Under the pieces are notes generated by a model. It searched no databases, was not told the DNA's origin, and worked only from the letters and a program-made list of their open reading frames with translations. From contig CAWBZI010000001.1 in the NCBI GenBank assembly GCA_963793265.1, positions 1,056,001 through 1,120,000 of the forward strand: a DNA stretch of 64,000 bases. The letters run 5' to 3'. Source of the DNA: an uncultured cyanobacterium. Its GTDB lineage: Bacteria; Cyanobacteriota; Cyanobacteriia; Phormidesmidales; Phormidesmidaceae. Made by a program: the position numbers and the translations under genes. Within the stretch, counting starts at the first letter, position 1. Each line of letters opens with the position of its first letter. This document shows, piece by piece, positions 55,485 through 64,000 of this stretch.

Positions 55485-57083
55485 CTAAGGAGAGAGTAGT
55501 TGAGTAACAGAATGGGGCGGCAGTGCGATCGCCCCATCTGTCGTACCCTTTTGAACAGTTAGTGAATACGCATCGGTCACCAGCGTTCTAGGATCGGCAG
55601 ATAGCTGCTGGTAGTGAACACTATTAGACACAATGTCTGCCACATCGAGCTGAACAACATTGTCCGAAAGATTCATCACCACAGCGCCCACTGGCGCTGA
55701 CTTGCTATCAGAAGTGCTACTAGACGATCGATCAAATCGCCAGCCATACAGCGCCGAATAGGTGAATCCCTCTTTGCCCGTCAACCGCGGCGACTCAGTA
55801 AAGCTGAGCGCCTGAGCCTGGTTCATACCTGTTGAGGTTTCACCCAGCAGGCTTAACGCTTGCCCGGTAGCTGAAAGCGACATCGGCGTCACCGGATAAG
55901 TTTGCTCATCTGATAGGCGAAAGCTATTTTCATGGGGCAAAATTGCGCCAAACTTAAAGTCTTCAACCAAATCGTGGTTGCAGGTCATTTTCACCCGACT
56001 TTCTTCTAAAAACATCAGGTTCATCGCCAGCGCATATAGCCCATGTCCCCAGGTGCCCATCACCCGAGGGCGTCGGCTTGAGTTATCTCCAAAAACGTCT
56101 TCAATGAGATTGAACTCGGTAATCCAGATCTCTTTGTCGTTTGGAATAATGTCGTAGGCGGGGCGATCGCGCATCGCCGCCCAATATCGAAAGGGCTCAC
56201 CAAAAATAGTGGCAAAATCATTTTCATCAAAAGCCGGATAGCCGCTATCTGAAAAGCCGTTAGGATCTAGCCCAGGGGTGGGGTACAGATGCAGGGCGAT
56301 CGCATCAGCAACCGGTAAAGCCGTCCTCATCAAAGCCTGGTTCCACTGAAGCTCTCTTGGCGAACTATTAGGCTTGGGCACCACCCCAAATACGGCCACT
56401 TCTATCCCTGGAAAAATATCTTTTAAGTATCCAATCCAAACCTTGGCCTCCTCACCATAAGACTCAGGCGTCGGAAACCTGTGAGCATAATTTGGAATAC
56501 CAAAGTAGTACTCATTCCCTAACTCAAGGTATTTAATTTCGATGCCAGCTTTGGCTGCCGCGCTCAGCATATCAATCTGATCGCCCAAATCAGACGTCAG
56601 CATATTCAGCACAAACAGCGCCTGAGAATTTGTGGCCGCAAGCCCCACCTTATAGTCTTCTAGCTTGCTGTTGGTATTATCTTGCGCGCCATATCGCATG
56701 TACTCGGGCAGTCCGTCTGGCATCTGACTGGCATCTTCAATAATGCCGCCCCTTCGCCAGTCCCAATAGTTCGCCACCTCACCGCCCGGAACCCTGAGCA
56801 CCTTGGGCCTTAGCTGCCCAGCAGCACTTAGAAAATCTGTAGAATGCCAGGACTGAATCTGAACAGAGTTGACGTTAAAGCACGTTAGATCTGAGGCCAA
56901 CGGCTGAGCTGACGCTGACAGAGAAGCTTTAGCGTCAATCACCTGATTCGCAGCGTTCTCGGCACCACCTTCAGCATCGGCGACAGAGCTTCGTAGATAG
57001 GCATATCCCAAGCACAGCAAAATCACGCTCAGCGCGATAGCCAATAGCCGTACAGGCAGCAGGCGAAAGATCCGAGAAAACAT
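55485..57083 (-). CDS. Exported clan GH-A glycoside hydrolase-like protein
   Basis: Signal/TM, LRVPGG, ELGNE (acid/base Glu), IWITEFN (nucleophile Glu), LPPHSVT C-terminal beta domain. Confidence 0.75.
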   Translation of the reverse strand: MFSRIFRLLPVRLLAIALSVILLCLGYAYLRSSVADAEGGAENAANQVIDAKASLSASAQPLASDLTCFNVNSVQIQSWHSTDFLSAAGQLRPKVLRVPGGEVANYWDWRRGGIIEDASQMPDGLPEYMRYGAQDNTNSKLEDYKVGLAATNSQALFVLNMLTSDLGDQIDMLSAAAKAGIEIKYLELGNEYYFGIPNYAHRFPTPESYGEEAKVWIGYLKDIFPGIEVAVFGVVPKPNSSPRELQWNQALMRTALPVADAIALHLYPTPGLDPNGFSDSGYPAFDENDFATIFGEPFRYWAAMRDRPAYDIIPNDKEIWITEFNLIEDVFGDNSSRRPRVMGTWGHGLYALAMNLMFLEESRVKMTCNHDLVEDFKFGAILPHENSFRLSDEQTYPVTPMSLSATGQALSLLGETSTGMNQAQALSFTESPRLTGKEGFTYSALYGWRFDRSSSSTSDSKSAPVGAVVMNLSDNVVQLDVADIVSNSVHYQQLSADPRTLVTDAYSLTVQKGTTDGAIALPPHSVTQLLSP

Positions 57084-57144
57084 ATGGCAGATCTGCTTTG
57101 AAAGGGGCTCGATATTCTTCAGATGACCCTGCGTGAACTAGCCT

Positions 57145-57906
57145 CTATACTTTGGTCTTAATGCCACTAACCACGACCGAAGACTTCAACAAGTTTAGGT
57201 TCAACGAGGTCAAAACCTTGGTATACACCATTGCCAAACGAATCATAATAGGCCGGTAGCGAAATCTAAAATACATCTCTGGGATAAAAGCGGACTCAAC
57301 GTCAGTGAAGCCTGCTTTTGCCATCTGTTGTTCCAGATTCTTGATACTTTTAAAGTCAAAAACCGTTGGAAATGTATCTTCGCTTACATTATCGTATTGC
57401 TGAATCTTCTTCTTAAAAAAGAGGTGAAAAGAGTAAGGTGTCAGCTTAGCCACCGTTGAAGCAGGCGACGTTGGATTCGGAACAATCAAAGTCGCAAGAC
57501 CGCCGGGCGCTGTCACTCTTGCAATAGAATCCACCGTTTGTTGTGAGTCATGGACATGCTCAAGCAAGAATTGAGAGAAAACCACATCATAGCTGCCATC
57601 AGCGAACGGCATATCAGCAGCATCACAAATAAATAGCTCGTCTACGTCAGTGTTCTTGAGCGAATACTCGTCTAAATCTGCGCCATGAATGAGAGCGTGG
57701 GTATCGTGCTCTTTTAGGTATCGGCCAATATCTGACTTACGCCCGCAGCCAATATCTAAGACCTTCGGCTTCGTGTATCCGCTCAAATGCGCTACAACCT
57801 TTTCCATGGTGTAGGCGAAAGAAGGACGTCTTTTCGGCAGAGGTATGGCGTCCTGCCGGGTGGTAGAAGCAGCCTCCGAAACAGGTTGCGTTTGTTGATA
57901 AACCAT
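57145..57906 (-). CDS. Class I SAM-dependent methyltransferase
   Basis: VLDIGCG, DAADMPFADGSYDVV, LEHV, APGG. Confidence 0.9.
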   Translation of the reverse strand: MVYQQTQPVSEAASTTRQDAIPLPKRRPSFAYTMEKVVAHLSGYTKPKVLDIGCGRKSDIGRYLKEHDTHALIHGADLDEYSLKNTDVDELFICDAADMPFADGSYDVVFSQFLLEHVHDSQQTVDSIARVTAPGGLATLIVPNPTSPASTVAKLTPYSFHLFFKKKIQQYDNVSEDTFPTVFDFKSIKNLEQQMAKAGFTDVESAFIPEMYFRFRYRPIMIRLAMVYTKVLTSLNLNLLKSSVVVSGIKTKV

Positions 57907-58253
57907 AGGTTTAGTCTCCTAACTCTGCAATTTTTGAATACTTCAAAGGGCACTAGCGGTAACTCTTACGTATATGCACTCAATAGTTCATTCACCAATA
58001 GACATATTTAGTAGGTGCTTTAGTAGGTGCGTTTGTTCTCAAACAGTCCCGCTATCTTTTGAGAGGTCAATATTGGACTGACACTATTGGACTGACTAGC
58101 TAGGCCAAATTTATCTAATCAGACAGCTCTGTTTGGTAAATGCAGAGATTAAGCATACGTACTTATACTGAGACGTAGCTATAGTAACAGAACTTAACCT
58201 CTTGCCCAAGATAAAAGCCGTATATATCGACACACTTTATCAACACGCTTTGC

Positions 58254-59771
58254 TTACAGAGCTGATGCGTCAGGCGCTACTTCAGTCTTAGCTGAGAGGC
58301 GACGGCTCTGTTCTATCGCTGCCATCTTTACATGGCAAATATTAATCACAAGGCCCGCTAGCAACCAAAAGTAGAAGCTGAATGCGCGCAGCCGAAAAAT
58401 GCGCTCGACAAACGTGTAGAGCACCGTCACAAAAATGAGTGTGGCAAAAGTAGCCCCTAGCGTTCTGTAGTCGGGTTCGGCAGAAACTCGTGACAGCCAG
58501 CGGGCCGCGTCATAAAGCCGCTTGAGCATGAAGCCGTAGATAGCGGTGCCGATGATGCCAAAGTAGGCGATAAAGGCAAACCAAAAGCCATCGTCGAATA
58601 CAGGCGCATCTCGCTCAAGCTTGGCCATATCTGTAGCAGTACTTAACGTGCCTCTGATGGCCTTTTGAGTTTGATCAAAATCAGGGCCAAAGCCGAACCA
58701 GCTATGCGTGCTAAAAATTCCATTCAGAATCGTTCGCATAAACCACCCTCGCGCTTCTTCGTTGGACTGTTGCCAGTATTCGGGTGAAAATACCTGCAAG
58801 AAGTAGGTCGTTAAATTAATAGACTTTTGCCGGTCGTCAGCGCCAGAGAAAGACTCTACCGCAACGCCTGCAGCTGCAATAGCAATCACACCGGCTAGCG
58901 CTAGGCCACCATAGAGCCAGCTCACATTCAGCAAGTCGCGGCGGCGGCGGTATACGTAAAAAACCAGTAGCGGGGTAATGAGCGCGATCGCCAAAGCAGC
59001 CCGTTTTTTAGAGGCAAACAAACCAAACATAATAGCGCCCAAGCTGCCCATATCTGGCAGGCTAGGCAGTAGGCTACCGCTAGTAGCATAAATAGTCGAT
59101 AAAAACAGCGACAAGCCCACCAGTAGAAATGCTGAGAGCACCGCACTATCTGAAAACGTACCGGCTGTCGCACCCACTTTAAGATCGCCAGAAGACGCCT
59201 GCGATGCGCCTTTGTAGTCACCAATTTCAAATTCGCGAGGGGCAAAGAACGCCTGATTAAAGCTAGCAGGCAGAAAGTACTGAATCGAGCCAATAACCCC
59301 CTGAATCAAAATAACGATCCGTAGGCCCTTCAGCATTCGCTTGAGATCTCTAGGCGAAATGTCTAGGTTGACCACAATGTAGAAAACAGACAGATAGCGC
59401 CATATGGTTCGAAGGTTGATAATGCTGCCAACAATCGGCGAACCGTTGAGCACGATTGAAATCGCCGTCGAGAGGAAAAAGGCCGCAACCAGCATGTCAA
59501 TCGGCGTTTTTCTGAGCGATCGCCCCCGCAACAGCCGCGATCCACAAACCCAAACCAGCAGCCCATAGAGAATAAGCTCCGGAACAAACCGTAGGGCGAC
59601 TGGAATAATACCTGGCAACCATCTGAGGAAAAATTCCTCAAACGGTGTGTACATAGCAATGCCGAAGATAATCCAAAATGGAAAACTGGTGGCACGCTCA
59701 ACAGATCTTTCAGCGGGCTGACTGGTCGGTGGGCTGGTGGGCTGACTGGTGGGTTGAGAAAAGGTGGTCAT
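58254..59771 (-). CDS. Wzy / O-antigen ligase-like polytopic membrane protein
   Basis: About 11 TM helices, AGTF, SKKRA, FGFGP and FYFWLLAG motifs, within the EPS cluster. Confidence 0.7.
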   Translation of the reverse strand: MTTFSQPTSQPTSPPTSQPAERSVERATSFPFWIIFGIAMYTPFEEFFLRWLPGIIPVALRFVPELILYGLLVWVCGSRLLRGRSLRKTPIDMLVAAFFLSTAISIVLNGSPIVGSIINLRTIWRYLSVFYIVVNLDISPRDLKRMLKGLRIVILIQGVIGSIQYFLPASFNQAFFAPREFEIGDYKGASQASSGDLKVGATAGTFSDSAVLSAFLLVGLSLFLSTIYATSGSLLPSLPDMGSLGAIMFGLFASKKRAALAIALITPLLVFYVYRRRRDLLNVSWLYGGLALAGVIAIAAAGVAVESFSGADDRQKSINLTTYFLQVFSPEYWQQSNEEARGWFMRTILNGIFSTHSWFGFGPDFDQTQKAIRGTLSTATDMAKLERDAPVFDDGFWFAFIAYFGIIGTAIYGFMLKRLYDAARWLSRVSAEPDYRTLGATFATLIFVTVLYTFVERIFRLRAFSFYFWLLAGLVINICHVKMAAIEQSRRLSAKTEVAPDASAL

Positions 59772-60204
59772 CTGCTTTTTAGTAATCTGGCTACGATCTG
59801 GCTGTGATCTGGCTTTAGTCGTTTGCGCTCTTGATATCTAAATACTTAAGTTTTTAACTATCTGCGTTAACTATATAAAACAGCGAAAGGCGTGCAAGGT
59901 CAGGAAGAATCTTCGGTTAGCACCAGGCGCTGATACGGCTTTACTGCAATTGCCTTCAGTATTGATACCGGGTTTCCTATGAATTTAGGGTATATCTACA
60001 TATGCCTCATTGGCTATCACACGCCCTGCGTACACCCACGAAATTAGGGTAGCTGCAAAGTTACCGTAAAGCCGTACCAAACTTTTCGTTTCATAGCCTT
60101 TAAACCTCACGCTAGCCGCCCGCATTACTGGCAGGATGTTTGTAGTTTCTAACATCCAAGCTAGCCATTTCTTCTTCTATTTTTTAGCCATAAAAAATCG
60201 CCCT

Positions 60205-61335
60205 ATGACCGTTGCCCTAATTGCTTACTATCTAGGCCCTCGTTTAGGCATTGGCCAGTATCTTGATCGCCTACTGCCGCCACTCGTCGAATCGCTGGCC
60301 GCACAGGGCATTAGGCCAACTATACTTAGCTCACCCAACGCACTTAACAACACACCCGCACTGCAACAGCTCACAAACTACGTAGAAGTTGTACCCGAGC
60401 TAGACTACGCGCCTAGCAAGCGCTATTTTTGGCTGGCTACTCAGTTTCACCGGTACTGTAAAAAGAGGGATCTAGAGGTCGTCGTGTGGCTCTCTAACCC
60501 GGTGCTGCTGCCCTGGCACCCCCCCACCATTGCGGTGATTCATGACGTGAATGAGTGGAAAGCCAAAGAGAAATACGGGAGCCGGTTAAAAACTGCGCTG
60601 CGATCGCTGATTTATCTAGACGCCTCCATCTGGCTCTCTAAGCAAATCGTCGCCGTTAGCCAGGCCACCCAGGCCGACTTGCATCACTTTCGGCCTCAGC
60701 TCAAAGCCAAAGATAAGCTCAAAGTTATCTCCAACGGCGCAGACTCATCGCTATCGAGCCTGCTTCCTACTCAACTGCCCCATTCGGGTCAGCCCTTTCT
60801 ACTCTCAGTAGGCCGGATCGATCCTGCTGCTAAGCGCCTGCCAGAAGCGCTTGAAATTGTCAAAGCGCTGCGAGAACAAAGTCATCAGGACTGGCAGCTT
60901 CAGCTTGTCGGCGGCATGAACAGCTCAACGCAGGCAGAAGGAGAAGCCTTTCTCGAATCAGTCAAAGCCCTGCCCTGGGTGCACTATCAGGGGCACATTG
61001 ACGATCGCACCTTAGCCCAGTGGTATCGCGAGGCTTCGGCGGTCGTTTATCTCTCTGAAAGCGAAGGCTTCGGCCTGCCTATCGCTGAAGCGGCTTCTTT
61101 TAAAAAATGGGTCGTCGTCAACGATCGCAATCAAGCCGCCATCGAAGTTGGCCAGGGCTCAATTATTCCTATTAACACCCAAAATCCAACCGCTGCAGCC
61201 ACCAAAATCATCGCTCAGCTCACCCAAACGACTCAGGCAACCCCGAGTCAGTCGCTACCCACATGGTCGGCAGCAGCCAAGCAATATGCTGCCGATATTC
61301 AGCGCTGGCACACGCAGGCTCACAGTCAAGTCTAA
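60205..61335 (+). CDS. Glycosyltransferase family 4
   Basis: GIGQY, VIHD, SESEGFGLPIAEA; ATG 60205 preferred. Confidence 0.9.
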   Translation: MTVALIAYYLGPRLGIGQYLDRLLPPLVESLAAQGIRPTILSSPNALNNTPALQQLTNYVEVVPELDYAPSKRYFWLATQFHRYCKKRDLEVVVWLSNPVLLPWHPPTIAVIHDVNEWKAKEKYGSRLKTALRSLIYLDASIWLSKQIVAVSQATQADLHHFRPQLKAKDKLKVISNGADSSLSSLLPTQLPHSGQPFLLSVGRIDPAAKRLPEALEIVKALREQSHQDWQLQLVGGMNSSTQAEGEAFLESVKALPWVHYQGHIDDRTLAQWYREASAVVYLSESEGFGLPIAEAASFKKWVVVNDRNQAAIEVGQGSIIPINTQNPTAAATKIIAQLTQTTQATPSQSLPTWSAAAKQYAADIQRWHTQAHSQV

Positions 61336-61510
61336 ACGTTACTTCAAGTGTAATTACGTAGACTTCTATAGAGATATGCGACAAATCAGTCTCAAAACCT
61401 GCTGCCGTACGGGTCAACCATCAAGCACTCATCCAGCCACAGGCGAAAAGCGCGCAGCTTGTTTCTGGCGGCGCTAACCGTAAAAATAGACATTAACCGC
61501 GTCACGATCA

Positions 61511-62848
61511 CTAGCTATTTTGCGCGGGTGGCTTTGCGGCTAATCCCATTAAGGTTGCGTCAATCCCGAGCTTTTTGCGGACGGCATACAAACTTACAAA
61601 ACCACCTAGCACGATGCTGCTAGAAGTCGCCAGCGCTGCGCCTTCAACACCCCAAATCGGAATGCAGATAGCATTGAGCGCGATATTGAACACCGTTGTG
61701 AACCAGCCAACTTTAGCCGTAAAGCGCTCGTGACCTGTCATATTCAAAATCGTAAACGAGAGCCCAATTGAAGTAGATACAAAGCTCCCAACGCACAGAA
61801 TGTAGAGCGCGCTTTGACCTTGAACATACTCTGGGCCAAATAAGCTCAAAAATAGATGTCCGCCCACAATCAGACTGGCTGCAAACATAAACGCGACACC
61901 TGAGACAACCCGCACGCTTTTGGTAATCGTATGCTGCAACTCTGTCAGGCGGTTGTCGGCATAGGCACTGGCAATGGTTGGGGCTAGAGTGCTACTCACC
62001 GCCATCAAAATAAACGTCGTGAGCTGCGCCCCTCGGTTCGCAGGCGCATACAGACCTACTGCATCTACCCCCTTCAGCGCACCTAGCATCAGCACGTCAG
62101 TCTGCGCATTCACAATTGGAATACTTTCTATCAGCATGAAGGGCAGCGCGCCGCTCATCCAAAACTTAGCCTTATAAGACGGCTGTACACCTCTAGTTCC
62201 CTCAGGCAGCGCTTGGCGTAAAAACCGGCTGATAATAACCAGCGTGATACCCGTGCCCACGCCATAGAATCCAATAATCCAAAGCGCACTAATCTCGTCT
62301 TTGAGCAGCCAGTAGGCACCTACCGTCAGCGTGACTAAAATCAGCGGATCTATCAGCAGCTCGGGCAAAAGGCCCTTCGTAATTTGGTGCAGCCCTCGCA
62401 TCGCACCGCGTCTGACGTTTCTTAGCGATAGAGCAGGCATGAGCGAGATTGCAATGCAAAAGCCAATAAAGGGCTGCGATCGCACATCATCCACCAAAAA
62501 CCAGGCCACCGACATCGCGACCAAAGCCACCGAAACCGACGCCATCAGCACCGCTTTATTCGCCCAGCTCAAGATGCCTCGCATCAGGCCCCAGTCAGCC
62601 CGCTTCTGATAGACCGCAATCTCGCGAACGATGAAGTTATCAAAGCCCATCGTGGCCGGAACGCTCAATAGATACGCCCACCCCACCGCATAAATATAAG
62701 TTCCGTAGCCTGACTTTCCTAAGACCTTCGCAAGCAAAATGCCCGTAAGGAACGTCAGCCCTGTATATACCAGCCGTAGCCCAAAGGCCCCAGCGACCCC
62801 TTTTACGAGCCTGTTTTTGAGGTTGCTCGCCAAGCTTGCATCGGTCAT
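61511..62848 (-). CDS. Wzx flippase / polysaccharide transporter
   Basis: LAKVLG..GYG, DVLMLG, VGLY, WGVEGAALAT; 12+ TM helices. Confidence 0.9.
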   Translation of the reverse strand: MTDASLASNLKNRLVKGVAGAFGLRLVYTGLTFLTGILLAKVLGKSGYGTYIYAVGWAYLLSVPATMGFDNFIVREIAVYQKRADWGLMRGILSWANKAVLMASVSVALVAMSVAWFLVDDVRSQPFIGFCIAISLMPALSLRNVRRGAMRGLHQITKGLLPELLIDPLILVTLTVGAYWLLKDEISALWIIGFYGVGTGITLVIISRFLRQALPEGTRGVQPSYKAKFWMSGALPFMLIESIPIVNAQTDVLMLGALKGVDAVGLYAPANRGAQLTTFILMAVSSTLAPTIASAYADNRLTELQHTITKSVRVVSGVAFMFAASLIVGGHLFLSLFGPEYVQGQSALYILCVGSFVSTSIGLSFTILNMTGHERFTAKVGWFTTVFNIALNAICIPIWGVEGAALATSSSIVLGGFVSLYAVRKKLGIDATLMGLAAKPPAQNS

Positions 62849-62851
62849 ATC

Positions 62852-64000
62852 CTAAGCTCTAAAAGGAAAATCAGCCGCTGCAAATCTTTCTTCGGTCGCG
62901 TTTCTGCGGTTAGTCCAGAGGAGCAGTAGACCTGTGGTCGCTAAGAAAGAACCTGCTAGCGCGCCGCCAATAGCCACAGGCGGGCTGGGAGAAATGTACT
63001 TATCTTCATCAGGTAGAGTCGGCGCAGCCGCGAGCTGAATCGGCGGATAAACCGAGTAGATATCACCCTCATTCAGATTCAGCTCTGCCACCGTAGAGGC
63101 AAAGATAGCCTCTGCGACCTGAAGATTTCGCTGTAATCGGTCTACAGTAAACTGTTCTTGAGTAAGATTGTCCAGGCGATTCTGAAGACCCACAATTTGA
63201 TTGTTAAGCTCTTGGGTCTGAGACTGCAAACCGCTCTGGCTAGCTCTGCTGGTCACCGCCTGCTGAAAGAGGTCGCCACGAGACGCCGCAACCCGAGGGT
63301 CAATACCAATCGGCGCTAGCTGAGTAAGCGTTGCCTGCGTGACGGGTCTACCCAGCAGAGAAGAGCCTCTTGCTTCTATCGCATCTTCTAAGGCTTCTAG
63401 CTCCGCCCGCTTGGCAACAACCATAGGATGCTGAGAACCGAGCTGTGAAGAGACATCAGAATATTCAGCAGCTACCGTACCGTATTCTTCAAACTGACTC
63501 TGGTAAACCGCATCCGCCTGAAGCCTGTAGGCATCTGCTGCGCCTGCCGAAGACTCGTTAATGTCTTGAGCAAGCTGCTGAACCTGGCTGCCAAGCCCTC
63601 TCTCTTCAGCGATCGCCTGTGCCTGTTCCCGAAGAAGCTGCTCAATACCCACCGCCAAATCATCAATCTGCGCGTCCGAACTTAGCCCTGAAGTGGCCTG
63701 ATATTCCGCCAGCGCTTCTTGAGCCGCTTCTACCTGATCGCGAGCAGCTTCCAAACTGGTTTCGGTATTCCCCTTGCGACGCGCTAGCTCAGCGGTTCTC
63801 AACTGACTAACCCTGTCCTCTAGCGCAACGTACAGCGCCGTAGCCTGATCTTGCGCCAGCTTAGGCGTATCCCCTTCTACAGAAAGCGCGATAATCGAGC
63901 TGTCTTCGTCTATCGTCACATCTGGCTCGCCAAACTCTCTAACGGTCAGGTTTACTTTTTCAGCCGCTTCTTTAATAATGTCTGGACTCTGCAAGAGATA
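62852..64000 (-). CDS. GumC/Wzc-like polysaccharide co-polymerase, C-terminal part (start outside window)
   Basis: Long coiled coils, HP.V motif, YPPIQL...PTLP followed by a TM. Confidence 0.82.
   Translation of the reverse strand, partial: YLLQSPDIIKEAAEKVNLTVREFGEPDVTIDEDSSIIALSVEGDTPKLAQDQATALYVALEDRVSQLRTAELARRKGNTETSLEAARDQVEAAQEALAEYQATSGLSSDAQIDDLAVGIEQLLREQAQAIAEERGLGSQVQQLAQDINESSAGAADAYRLQADAVYQSQFEEYGTVAAEYSDVSSQLGSQHPMVVAKRAELEALEDAIEARGSSLLGRPVTQATLTQLAPIGIDPRVAASRGDLFQQAVTSRASQSGLQSQTQELNNQIVGLQNRLDNLTQEQFTVDRLQRNLQVAEAIFASTVAELNLNEGDIYSVYPPIQLAAAPTLPDEDKYISPSPPVAIGGALAGSFLATTGLLLLWTNRRNATEERFAAADFPFRA

Noticed and set aside
1..64000. Frequent GCGATCGC octamer as a novel repeat
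   Set aside because: This is the well-known cyanobacterial HIP1 sequence

Overview
A 64 kb stretch of core chromosome from a cyanobacterium. HIP1 octamers (GCGATCGC) occur throughout, and petE, psbX, petP, chlG, ycf51 and ycf66 are present. The gene style suggests a Leptolyngbyaceae / Synechococcus PCC 7335-like lineage (inference only). Most of the window is housekeeping: a group 2 sigma factor, hisF-petP-Get3d-chlG, PBP1A/PBP2, Crp-DUF2232-CobT, tRNA-Cys and aminotransferases. It ends in a Wzx/Wzy/Wzc exopolysaccharide cluster. Accessory or unusual elements: (1) a 2.3 kb decaying toxin-antitoxin islet with intact HigBA, an internally deleted BchE-like pseudogene, a 5'-truncated RelE/Gp49 toxin with its antitoxin, and an orphan DUF433; (2) a tnpB-only IS200/IS605 element with both end hairpins, an intact RuvC triad and a predictable guide/TAM, inserted just upstream of a stand-alone phage-type lysozyme; (3) a 1544-aa coiled-coil / acidic linker / degenerate Hsp70-fold protein; (4) a possible distant PatN-like membrane protein; (5) two +1 frameshifts 2.4 kb apart (MocR regulator, DUF1995). 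Candidate regulatory sites include a PetR box, HLR1/RpaB-like boxes and a MocR operator. No CRISPR array, prophage or clear multi-gene defence system was found. All family assignments come from motif recognition, not database searches.
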